From Chiloscyllium plagiosum (Eukaryota): a DNA stretch of 64,000 bases. Shown piece by piece: positions 53,276 through 64,000 of this stretch. Each line of letters begins with the position of its first letter. Position 1 is the first letter of the stretch. The DNA lies in contig NC_057760.1 in the NCBI RefSeq assembly GCF_004010195.1, positions 2,694,647 to 2,758,646 of the forward strand, in the 5' to 3' direction. The notes under the pieces are model-generated. The model ran no database searches. It had not been told where the DNA came from and saw only the letters and a program-made list of their open reading frames with translations. The translations under genes were made by a program, and so were the position numbers.

Positions 53276-54909
53276 TTTTTTTTCTTAATTGAACCTAGAA
53301 ACAGTCCTTTTTTTTCAACATAACTGGTTCCCTGTGGTAAGATATTAGATACACAGGGACTTGAGTCCATGAGAGAATACCAAGGAGGGTAGCATTTCAT
53401 CAAAATATATACAGTAATAACTGAAATAATGAAAAATTAAAACTGTACACTGTTCCAAGATCAACTATCATTGCTTCTGGAATTCTGCAGTCTGTGCTTT
53501 GCTAAACTCTCCATTTGTTTCGCACAATGCTCCCAAATTGATCCTTTCTCTCCCACCCTCCCAATTCCTACTGCTATCGTAATGGGCAGCTCTGTTTGTC
53601 TGAGATGGGAGAGAGCCAATTACTTCTCCACAATGAGTGAGATCTGTAGGTGAGAAACCTTGACAGACGCACTGCTGGCAGGGAGACTCAGGGTGGTTTC
53701 GAGGCAGAGCAGGACAAAAATAACTCTTGGTGACTGAGTATGGAAACATTTCTGCAAAATACAGAAAGTGAGATCTTTTGGGTGTGTGCATGTTTATATA
53801 ATGCTACATACTTGTGGTATTATTATAAATTAATGCAACCCTGAGGGGATTTTGTCCTAGCTTAAATAAATATGCACAGATTTATATAATGCAGAAATAT
53901 ATATGCACACTATTTAGTTAGGTAGTAACCACTTTCTTTTGTTAATTCAACTTGGCTTGTGTGTTGTTAGAACTGTTTCAGATTTAGACTGGTTATGAAA
54001 GTAATGAAATTGGTTGTTTTTTGTTCACGTTTCACTTCCAGTCATTCACTCTGATGAATTGAGGCCCAGTGTATTTCAGATTTTGACTCAATCTTGATGT
54101 TTGTTGCCACAGAACATGGGAGTCTCCATTGGAGAGGCAGTATTGAGCACTCCTGGTAGCTGAGCTGGTTAAGAAATGGCCCAAGTTTGATGCCTGATCA
54201 GTGCTGACTCCACCTAGTTTAGAGAGAGGGTCTTGCTGCTTCCTACAATCCAGGAACAATTTCCAAGTCACAAGTGCCTGAGAGTAGATTTCAGAAGGCC
54301 ACAGAGTTCGACTCTACTTGAGTGTACTTGTCCATCAGCCGTAGGCCCTGCTCGCACTCATTGATCAAGCCTAAGAATGATGTTAATATCTGCTTTGGGA
54401 ATTACTGGAGAGCATAAAACACCCAGGGAGCTGGGGTGGGAGATTCTTTTAGTTACAGGTGAGAAAGTATATTGAGAAGTAAACTTATTGCCAACTCTTT
54501 GCTGAGTGTGGCAGGAGACCACTCAAGTTTGTTACTGTGTTAAAGCACAGCGGTTGTTTTGCTTTCACCAGCCTGCCCGAGATCTCAAATAGACCAGCAA
54601 AGATCAGCCCATCCCATACTGGAGCAGGCAAAACTATTCCCTCATTAACAATCGTCTGGTATTTGTGTAATCCCTTATCACCAATTGAAAATTTTATATA
54701 AGGTTCAGGGAGAGTTGTTGAGAAATGTCAGGATCCCACAAAGCAGCTTTGAGATGAATGAATGAACAGTGAGTGTCTGTTGGCCAACTGAGTATCATTG
54801 CTTGTTTGCATGCCACATGTATTCTCTGAGGGGCAGACTTGATTATGTCAGGGGTTGACATTACCTCCATGTCTCCTCTCATTTTCTGTCTTGCTCTTCA
54901 TCTTGACAG

Positions 54910-55067
54910 GAATTTTGTGCTGAAGCACCATGTATTTCTCGTCCGAAACTGGGAGAAGATGCGGCAGAAACAAGAGGAGGCAAAGCAGGAGAATGACAAC
55001 AGTCAGTCTGTGTCACTGTACACTCGTTGGAATGGAATTTGTCGGGATGATGGCAACATCAAATCTG
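54910..55067 (+). CDS. ASH1L: ASH1L coding exon
   Basis: Acceptor ttgacag|G, donor G|gtacgg. Encodes [23 protein letters not shown]...[17 protein letters not shown]. Confidence 0.95.
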
Positions 55068-56039
55068 GTACGGAGAAAACATGAGTTTTCTTGGTGGGGG
55101 TGGGAGGGTACAAAGAGAGATGTGAGAGTTTCCTTGATTGATGACGGTGCCCATGCTCAGCATTAGCTGGTGTTTGCGTATTGACCAAGAGGTCTGATCT
55201 GATTTTGAGAGTAATGTGAGATGCTATGGGCTGGCACCAACCTTTCGCCTCTGGGACCTGTCACAATGTCCAGCACTTGCTCGTGCGATGTACTTCTCCT
55301 TTAGCCGGACCAGACGCAACACTGGGGCCGGTGAGCATGTACCACCACCATCGCAAACTCACCACCAAGGAAGGCTTCCATTTTTTTTTCCCCCTTCTGT
55401 TTTTATACTGGGTCACTGAGAATAACTGACAACCATGTGTGACAGTACAATGTTATGGATCAACCAACCCCTTTCCAATTACGTCAAGGAGATAGCCTCG
55501 ACCCAACTTATTTGAAGGCAAGAGTAAGGTGCTGTGTTCCAGACGTAATTTGATTGGTTCCACTGCTTGGCTTTAAGCAGAACACACTTTATTCTCACCC
55601 TACAGTTAAGATGCAGACAAAGGAAAGAAGAATTGGTGTAACTTTAACTCTGTTGGAAAATGTAAGAGAATAATAGATTTAACTACGAGACAGCAATTGT
55701 TTCAATATGGTAACATCCCATTAACGTACTCTTGGCAAATTCAGTCAAGCAGATTGTCTGTCTCACGTGTGGTGTTTCTCTAATCCAGGAGAGAAGAATA
55801 CCTTAGAAAGAATTCTGGTCAAGGGAGAGCCTCCAGCTTTTTGCAGTACTCAAGAGCGATGTCCTAGCATCCACAGCTAACTTCAAAATCCCAACAACTG
55901 CTGAAAGCTAAAACTAAATGACTCTGATTACTAAAACCCCTGGTTCTGTGGGAACCTGACTCCACCCATTTAGCCTGCTTCAATTGTTCCAACTGTTTTT
56001 TCAAAAAAAGCCCAAGGCCTCAAAAGATGTTTACTTTAG

Positions 56040-56392
56040 AAGCAGAAAATAGGTGCAGAGGAAGGCCATTCAGCCCTTCCAGCCTGCACCATCACTCAAT
56101 ACAATCATGGCTGATCATGCAGTATCCCCCTCCTCATACCCCTTGATCCATTTAGCTCACATCCAGCTCCCTCTTAAATATATCCGACCCACTGGCCCCA
56201 ACAGCTTTCTGTGGTAGAGAATTGAACAAGTTCTAGGTGAAGAAATTATTATCCTCAGTTCTGAATGGCGTGCCCCTTATCCTTAGTCTGTGACCCCTCG
56301 TTTTGGAGTTCCACAACGTCAGAAACATTCTTCCTGTATCTAACCTGTCCAGTCCCATCAGGATTTTATATGTTTCTGTGAGATCCCTCCCT
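56040..56392 (-). mobile_element. CR1 3' fragment
   Basis: Matches the 61040-61420 terminus. Confidence 0.75.
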
Positions 56393-57639
56393 CATTCGTC
56401 TTTATTGGCTTGGAGGAGACAGCTCAGCACCTATGGCTCAAAACCTCTCCAAAACAAAAAAAACCTGGACGAAATATTGTTACAGCAGTATGAATAATTC
56501 ATGCACAGTTGTGAGATCCTCAACCTTGTTCCCCCTCTGTAGAGCATCGTGGGAATACTATAGCGGTGAACTTACCTGGGAGTGTTGCTACAAATATTCA
56601 GTGAATATTGATACTTAATACAAACAGAGCCTCAGAATACATTCCATTCAGAGTGTGAGTAATTGTTCTTTAAGTAAAGAGTATCGTCAGACAAGGTTGC
56701 ATTTTTGACTTGGAAGGTTTTGGGGTCATAATGCACATTTTGTACTGAATTGCTGAGTGACAGCAGTGTGCTGGTACCCTCGGGGAGTGAAATATCTGAC
56801 CCACTTTACCCACACTAATGCAATAGATTCATCCACCCTCAGCTATGGTTCCTCAGCTCAAACCTCTTTGCTCTTAACATGGCAGAAGGGGCATTTAGAT
56901 GGTGCTGTTTGAGCACAAGGATGTCCCCAAGGGCACTGCAACCAAGACAGGTTATGTCCCTGGCTTGTTAATCCATAGAGCAGGAGTCCATTGTCTTTAT
57001 TTCTAGAATGACGTTTTTCCTTTCCAAAAAAAGGCAAAGTCTGCTATTGGTAAAAGTAGCCGCAAAGCTGCTGCATCGTCATTAGAAGCCCAAATGGGTC
57101 CTTTAGCCCTGCATCCGTGTAATTGATTCTTTGAAGGGTCTGCTAAGCCATTTAGGACTTCCTACAAAGCTTGCGAACCCAGAAAATGGCTTATTTATTT
57201 CTACCGGGTGGCCATTTAGTCATGAAAGGGAAAAGATAGTCGGGGGATGGTGTTGAAATGGAGAGTAAAAGGAAGTGGGTTCCAAAGAAGCTGGTGGAAT
57301 CAGAGTACAGTGGAACCAATAACCTGAGTTAGGTTTGGTGGGTCAGTGACTTGAATGGGAAAGTGGGCAGTGAGCTAGAATCTGGATTAAAGCAGAGTGG
57401 CTCCTTCACCTGTTGAGGCTTTACAGGGGCACCATGCACCTAGGGATTGGCACCATGTCTGGAGATGGATATTTTGAAATTTAACACTAGTCAAAGTCCT
57501 GCTCAAGTGTTCTATGGTAGATGAAGCAGTTACTATGCATATCCTCCCAGTTGGCTATAGCTTCAATGTAGGATGGTCAGTTTGTTTATTGATGTCAAAC
57601 CAATAGCTGGAATTTCGCAACATGCCCAGCTGCAAAAGT

Positions 57640-58412
57640 GCACCATGGATGTTCAGTTCTACTTTAAGTATTGATACTGATGAAGCGATCCAGCCCTACC
57701 TCTGGTGTGCTAACACAGTCTTCAGCACGCTGAGAAAAAGTGTTCGAGAACAACGACATTACATCCTATTCCAAGCTCATGGTTTACAGAGCTGTGATGG
57801 TTCCTACCCTCCTGTGTGCATCTGAGATGGGGACAGTCCACAGCAGACACCTCAAGACACTGAGCAGTACCACCAATGCTGCCCACACAAGAACCTGTGA
57901 ATCCACTGGGAAGACAGACACACCAATCCCAGCATCCTCGGCCAGGCCAACATGCATGGCATTAGGGCACTGACCCCCCCTCCAATAGACTGCGATGGGC
58001 TGGGCATGTTGTCTGCATGACCGAACGCGAGACTCCCCAAGGAAAAGTCTACTCCCAGCTCTGAAACAGTAGGTGAGCCCCAGGTGGACAGAGTAAGTGC
58101 TTCAGTGATCGCTTCAAGTCCTCACTAGAGAAATGCGGCGCTCCCACCGACACCTGGGAATCACTCGCACAAGACTGACCAAAGTGGAGAAGGAGCATGT
58201 AGGAAGGCATTGAGCACCAGGAGACTTGTCATCAGGAAAAGGTGAAAGGAGGGTGCTGCCACACCAATACCCCACCCACCCCTTTCCTGTGACCACCTCC
58301 TGCCCCAAGTGTAACAGCCTGAGGTAGCCACATCAGTATGTACAGTCCCAACAACCACACCCTGAGAGTGGGACAGAGTCATCCTCGCCTGCGAGGGACC
58401 ACCCGAGATAAT
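57640..58412 (+). mobile_element. RTE-clade LINE 3' fragment
   Basis: Frameshifted KLMVYRAV..PTLLCASE..TVHSRHLK, LRWAGHVV and GGQ.K.F remnants typical of the RTE ORF C-terminus. Confidence 0.75.
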
Positions 58413-59093
58413 GATGTTGTGCTATAGACTGGTGTTGTGTGATTTCTAACTTTGTCCACCCCCAGTCCAACACAGGCACCTCCACATGATTTAGTAATAC
58501 CTGTGCTCCTCCCTAGACTTAACTGTACCTTTACCAAGCCAAAAGTGAGGGGCAGCAAACTTTTTATTATATGCAGGAGAAATGGTCAAGAGGTAGCTGC
58601 ATAGGATATGAGGGGATACACCAGTATATCATGAAACCTGAACTTTCTGCAGATTTATTTAGCATCGAGCTGTTCAAGGGATTCCTTCGGAGCAAAGAAA
58701 GAATCCAAGTTGGAGGGAGCTGGTTCTAATCTCTGTTTTTCCTCGAGGCTTATGATTTCCCGAACATGCTGTCTTGTCTTCCCAGTTAAGTTGCTTGTTA
58801 TACTTTCAAGATCATCAATGCATTCCTCCCATTTTTAATGCCTCTATTCATTTGGCACATCCGTCTTCAATAATGCCTGCTCTGAAAGTAAAATAATTAA
58901 AGCAAAGCTAGCCATTCCAAGTGCAGGGTGAATAAGTGGATGAAATCTGGTTTTCATTTCTGCATACTGTGTGCCACTGTTCACAGACTAGCTTTCTTAT
59001 TAATCAGCAAAATTGTGCAGTTTCACATGGTGCAGGAGTGCAGTGCCGTGTAACAAACACCTTGCTTTCTTTGCCCCCTATGCTTTGGTGCAG

Positions 59094-59246
59094 ATGTTTT
59101 CATGACCCAGTTTTCAGCCCTCCAAACCTCTCGCTCGGTCAGAACCCGGAGGCTAGCCGCAGCAGAAGAGAATATCGAGGTAGCTCGCACCGCCCGCCTG
59201 GCTCAGATCTTCAAAGAAATCTCCGACACAATCATATCCTACAAAG
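59094..59246 (+). CDS. ASH1L: ASH1L coding exon (leading into bromodomain)
   Basis: Acceptor ggtgcag|AT, donor G|gtacgt. Encodes [51 protein letters not shown]. Confidence 0.95.
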
Positions 59247-59680
59247 GTACGTTTCTGAACATGTCGTTCAACTTGACAGCAGGGAGGCCATCCACCCCCT
59301 CTGATCTGCTGCTTCATTCGATTAGACCATGGCTACTGCTGTATCTTAGTTCCATTAACCCATCTTGTTTCAATGACCAGTAATGAAATCTATCATTCAT
59401 TATTCACATTTGATCTCTTATCCCCAACCTCCAAAATTCCTAGCCTCAGCAATGTTTGATGGAGAGTTCCTGATTTCCACAACCCTACTTGTGAAGCTGT
59501 GACTCCTGAAATCACTCCTGAGCCAGATTTTAAAGTGATACCTATTTGTACTGGACCTTCCCACTCAAGAACATAGTTTCTGTCATTCTCATCAAATCCT
59601 GAAGTCATCTTAAAACACCTTAATCGGATCATCCCATAATCTGCTCAACTCAAGTGAATACTTTAAAAGCATATATCAAC

Positions 59681-59996
59681 TGCGGCACAGTGGCTCAGTG
59701 ATTTACGCTGCTACCTCACAGCGCCAGGGACCCAGGTTCGATTCCCGCTTCAGGCGACTGTCTGCGTGGAGTTTGCACATTCACCCCGTGTCTGCATAGG
59801 TTTCCTCCCACAATCCAAATACGTGCAGGTCAGGTGATTTGGCCATGCTCAATTGCCCGTAGTGTTAGGTGCATTAGTCAGGAGTAAGTATAGGGTAGGG
59901 GAATGGGTATGGGTCGGTTACTCTTCACAGGGTCAGTGTGGACTTGTTGGGCCGAAGGGCCTGTTTCCACACTAGGGAATCTTAATTTGATCTAAT
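59681..59996 (+). mobile_element. HE1-like V-SINE
   Basis: gcggcacagtggctcagtg A box, ggttcgattcc B box, central domain and tail. Confidence 0.87.
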
Positions 59997-60689
59997 GTAA
60001 TCTCATAGTTACAGATTTTTAAATCCAGTAAATGTTGTAGTCAGTCTTTTTGATGTTTACAGGACACTGCTGTAAGTTGATGACAATGGGATGAGTTGTC
60101 CTTTGTTTTTATATAAATAGAATGTTACTCATCCACGCTTTTAATTAAGTGTCATTATTTATTGTTATTAATATGAACTCCAATGACAAGAAGCATTGAC
60201 ATAGCACTTACTGAAACATTCCAAGGAGCTCATTCCAAATATTGATACCAAGTCATATTGGGGGGTAACAAGGCAGGTAGGTTTTCAAGTCCCCCATGGA
60301 TCATTGGCTAAGGACATGACCCACTTCACATTTTTAGCAATATGTATTTAAATAGTTAAGATGATTATAAATCACTTTATGTACTGCAGTCCCAATTCAT
60401 TCATTCTGCAGTCAAATAATCATTAGCATTTGAAACTTCACTAATATATTTCTTTCATTTCAAAATTTCTTCAGATTCATCAGAACAAGCACTGGCCACG
60501 CCCCTCCTGAATCTACCATCAAGGAAAAAGTAAGCAGTTTGTTCAGTACATCACCAGATGGAGTTTGCCAGGGACAAATGGGCTTTAAAGATGGGCACTG
60601 AAAGACTGTGGCAAAAGTTTCTACATCACAGCAACAAGATGAGGCCATTCAGCCCTTCAAGACTTTGCTATTCAGTGAGAGATCATGGC

Positions 60690-63025
60690 TGATCTTTAAA
60701 CTGTCTGCCAGTGGCAGATGGGACTTAAAACTAAAAAGTGAGGTGAAGCAATTTGGAAGACTTACAAGACGAGGGAGTCCTCAGCTAGGAAGCTCAGAGG
60801 GCTCTTGTGCTTGTCCACTGATCCCTGAAGGCAGCAGGGCAAGTTAATAGGGTGGTTAATAAGGTGACATGCGCAATGCTTGCCTTTAACAGTTATGACA
60901 TAAATTGTAAGAGCACGGAGGTTATGTTGGAGCTATGCAGGACTTTGGCTAGGTCACAGGTGGCATACTATGTAGTTTACTGGTTACTGTACTGTAGGCA
61001 GGATGTGATTGCATTGGAGTGGGTACAGAGGAGATTCAATAGACAATAGACAATAGGTGCAGGAGTAGGCCATTCTGCCCTTTGAGCCATCACCACCATT
61101 CATTATGATCATGGCTGATCATCCTCAATCAGTATCCTGTTCCTGCCTTATCCCGATAACCCTCGATTCCACTATTATCCAACTCTTTCTTGAAAGTATC
61201 CAGAGACTGGGCCTCCACTGCCCTCTGGGGCAGAGCATTCCACACACCCACCACTCTCTGGGTGAAGAAGTTTCTCCTCAACTCTGTTCTAAGTGACCTA
61301 CCCCTTATTTTTAAACTGTGTCCTCTGGTTTGGGACTCACCCATCAGTGGAAACATGCTTCCTGCCTCCAGAGTGTCCAATCCTTTTAATAATCTTATAC
61401 GTCTCAATCAGATCCCCCCTCAGCCTTCTAAACTCAAGCGTATACAAGCCCAGTCGCTCCAATGTTTCAGCATAAGATAGTCCCGCCATTCCGGGAATTG
61501 ACCTCGTGAACCTACGCTGTACTCCCTCAATAGCCAGAGTGTCTTTCCTCAAATTTGGAGACCAAAACTGCACACAATATTCCAGGTGCGGCCTCACCAG
61601 GGCCCTGTCCAGCTGCAGAAGGACCTCTTTGCTTCTATACTCAATTCCTCTTGTAATGAAGGCCAGCATGCTATTAGCTTTCTCCACTGCCTGCTGTACC
61701 TGCATGCTCGCTTTCATTGACTGATGTACAAGAACACCTAGATCTCATTGTACTTCTCCTTTACCTAACTTGACTCCATTTAGGTAGTAATCTGCTGCCT
61801 TGTTCTTGCCACCAAAGTGGATAACCACACATTTATCCACATTAAACTGCATCTGCCATGCATCTGTCCACTCACCTAGCCTGTCCAGGTCACCCTGTAT
61901 TCTCCTAACATCCTCCTCACATTTCACCCTGCCACCTTTTAATACCTTCATCTATATCATTAATGTACATTGTTAAAAGCTGCAGTCCCAGCACTGATCC
62001 CTGCGGCACACCACTGGTCACTGCCTGCCATTCTGAAAAGGAGCCGTTTAGCACTACCCTTTGTTTCCTGTCAGCCAACCAATTTTCAATCCATGTCAGT
62101 ATTTTGCCCCTAATACCATGTACCCTAATTTTGCTCACAAACCTCCTATGTGGGACTTTATCAAAGGCTTTCTGAAAGTCCACTGGATCTTCAGAGTTAC
62201 GTCCTCAAAAAATTCCAGAAGGTTGGTCAAGCATGGTTTTCCCTTCATAAATCATGCTGACTCTGACCTATCCTGTTACTGCTATCCAGATGTGTCGTAA
62301 TTGTGTCCTTTATAATTGACTCCAGCATTTTTCCCCACCACTGAGGTCAGACTAACTGGTCTATAATTCTCTGTTTTCTCTCTTTCCCCCCCTTTCTTAA
62401 AAAGTGGGACAACATTAGCCACCCTCCAATCCGCAGGAACTGACCCTGAATCTATAGAACATTGGAAAATGATCACCAATGCATCCACGATTTCTAGAGC
62501 CGCCTCCTTCAGTACCCTGGGATGTAGACCGTCAGGTCCCGGGGACTTATCAGCCTTCAGACCTAACAGACTCTGGGATGTTGCTTGGGACGGACTATTT
62601 TTCTCAATGAAGAGAGAGGCTGAATAAGCGTGGGTTGTTTTGTTTGGAGTAGAGAATGCTGAGGGCCTTCCCTGACTGAAGTTGATAAGATTAGAGGGGC
62701 ATGTACAGGGTGGGTAGGAAGCAGACTCTTCTGTTTAGTTAAAGGGTTAATAACAACTTATTTAAAGATGCAAGGCAGGAAGTTTAGAGGGGGTTTGTTT
62801 TACATGAGGGTGCTGGGAATCTGGAATGTGCTTCCTGGAAGGATTATTGAGACAGGAAACCTCACAACCTTTAACAAGTTCTTGAATGAGCACTTGAACT
62901 GTCCCAAGGTTCAAGGCTATGGGCCACGTGCTGGAACGAGGGGCTAGAGTAGATTTGGAGTAGTTTTTTTGTCAGTGCAGACTTGATAGACCACAGAGCC
63001 TAAACTGTATTGTATAATTCTGTGA
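60690..63025 (+). mobile_element. Older CR1 (60690-61036 and about 62571-63025) split by a nested CR1
   Basis: LEWVQRRF stops at 61036 and resumes as gggatgttgcttggga (RMLPG-like) after 62570. Confidence 0.78.
61037..62570 (-). mobile_element. Younger CR1 LINE (RT to 3' end) with (caataga)n tail
   Basis: Encodes DWRVANVVPLFKKG, MDFQKAFDKVPH, GVPQGSVLG and LVRPHLEYCVQFWSP. Confidence 0.93.
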
Positions 63026-64000
63026 TCTTTCCTTTGGAACCAAATCACTCTGTACTGTTTTGTCAAAAATCTATTGTTCTCTGATTTTAAAATGATTAAT
63101 GGAGCTCACCAGCTACTGCTGTTAGTGAGAAGGTCCTGCTACCCTTTCTGTGATGAAATATTTCCGAACTTCTGTCTCAAATGGCCTGCTTCTGATGTTA
63201 CAAGTGGTGTCCACTTTTCCTAGACTTCCCTCCTCACAGAGGAGAATTCTCTCTATCTACCCGATGACTTCCAATCAAATTCATACACATCTGAATCAAA
63301 CCAACCCTAAACATTTTATATTCCAAATTTCCTCATAAATTAGTCCTTGGATCTCAGAGAACATGCTAGTGAATCTCTGCTGAGGCTGCTAAATCATTGC
63401 CAGAGCTGTGTGTGGTATTGCAATCTGATCAACCCTTACATGGCTATTCCAAAAATCCATCTTTTTATATTCCAGCTCCTGACATAACGAGCTGCACATT
63501 CCATGATTATTTTTGTTAATGCGGATCTACATCTCTCTGAACCTCCATCTATCATTTGAAGTGGGGAGGGGGGGAAGCCTTGGTTCTATCCTTTTTTGTT
63601 CGGTCCAAAATGGTTAGCCTCCCACTTGACCAGCATTGAAATCCAGCTACCACGATTCTGATGTTCAGCTGATGTCTCTGTAGTTTGATATTCCTGTCTG
63701 CACTATTTACAGTTCTACCAATCTTTGTGTCACCAGCACATAGTGGCATCTAGATCAGGAGAGGTTGGTTTCTATTTCCTGACCTGTGATGAGTGTGGCA
63801 AATCTCCATTAGGGCAATACAAGTGGCCCCGGAGCAAACTGTTAAAGATGTGCCTGTTACCTGAGGGTTCAGGGTGTGCTCAGCTGTGGTTGGCCCTCTT
63901 TCCCGTCCCTCCCGCCCTTTTCCACCACCTTCTGGTCACACGCACATACCCAAGAATCCTTATTCTTCACCTGGCCACAATCCCTACCCTCACAATAAAA

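Noticed and set aside
59681..59755. tRNA gene
   Set aside because: A tRNA-derived SINE head continuing into the V-SINE body; the same applies to the other copies.
59247..64000. Next (bromodomain) exon
   Set aside because: Only repeats were recognised; the exon probably lies beyond the window.

Overview
Eukaryotic genomic DNA, not prokaryotic. The repeat content (HE1-like V-SINEs, CR1 LINEs, Penelope-like elements) points to a cartilaginous fish, probably a shark; this is an inference. The window lies inside one + strand gene, the H3K36 histone methyltransferase ASH1L. Thirteen internal coding exons with GT-AG boundaries and consistent phases (6207-59246, 2238 nt, about 746 aa) encode the AT-hook region, the MRG15-binding FQLP motif, AWS, SET, post-SET and the start of the bromodomain region. 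The start and stop codons lie outside the window. The introns hold CR1 and RTE LINE fragments, tRNA-derived SINEs, GIY-YIG Penelope-like elements, two minisatellites and one assembly gap. The most notable items are: (i) short TSD-flanked Penelope-derived inserts carrying minimal hammerhead-ribozyme motifs, including a perfect 80-bp hairpin; (ii) a 161-bp intronic segment copied in inverted orientation into a nearby CR1; (iii) a long stop-free in-frame run upstream of the MRG15-binding exon; (iv) substitutions in the SET autoinhibitory loop. I found no clear evidence of a wholly new biological system. Repeat boundaries without TSDs are approximate.
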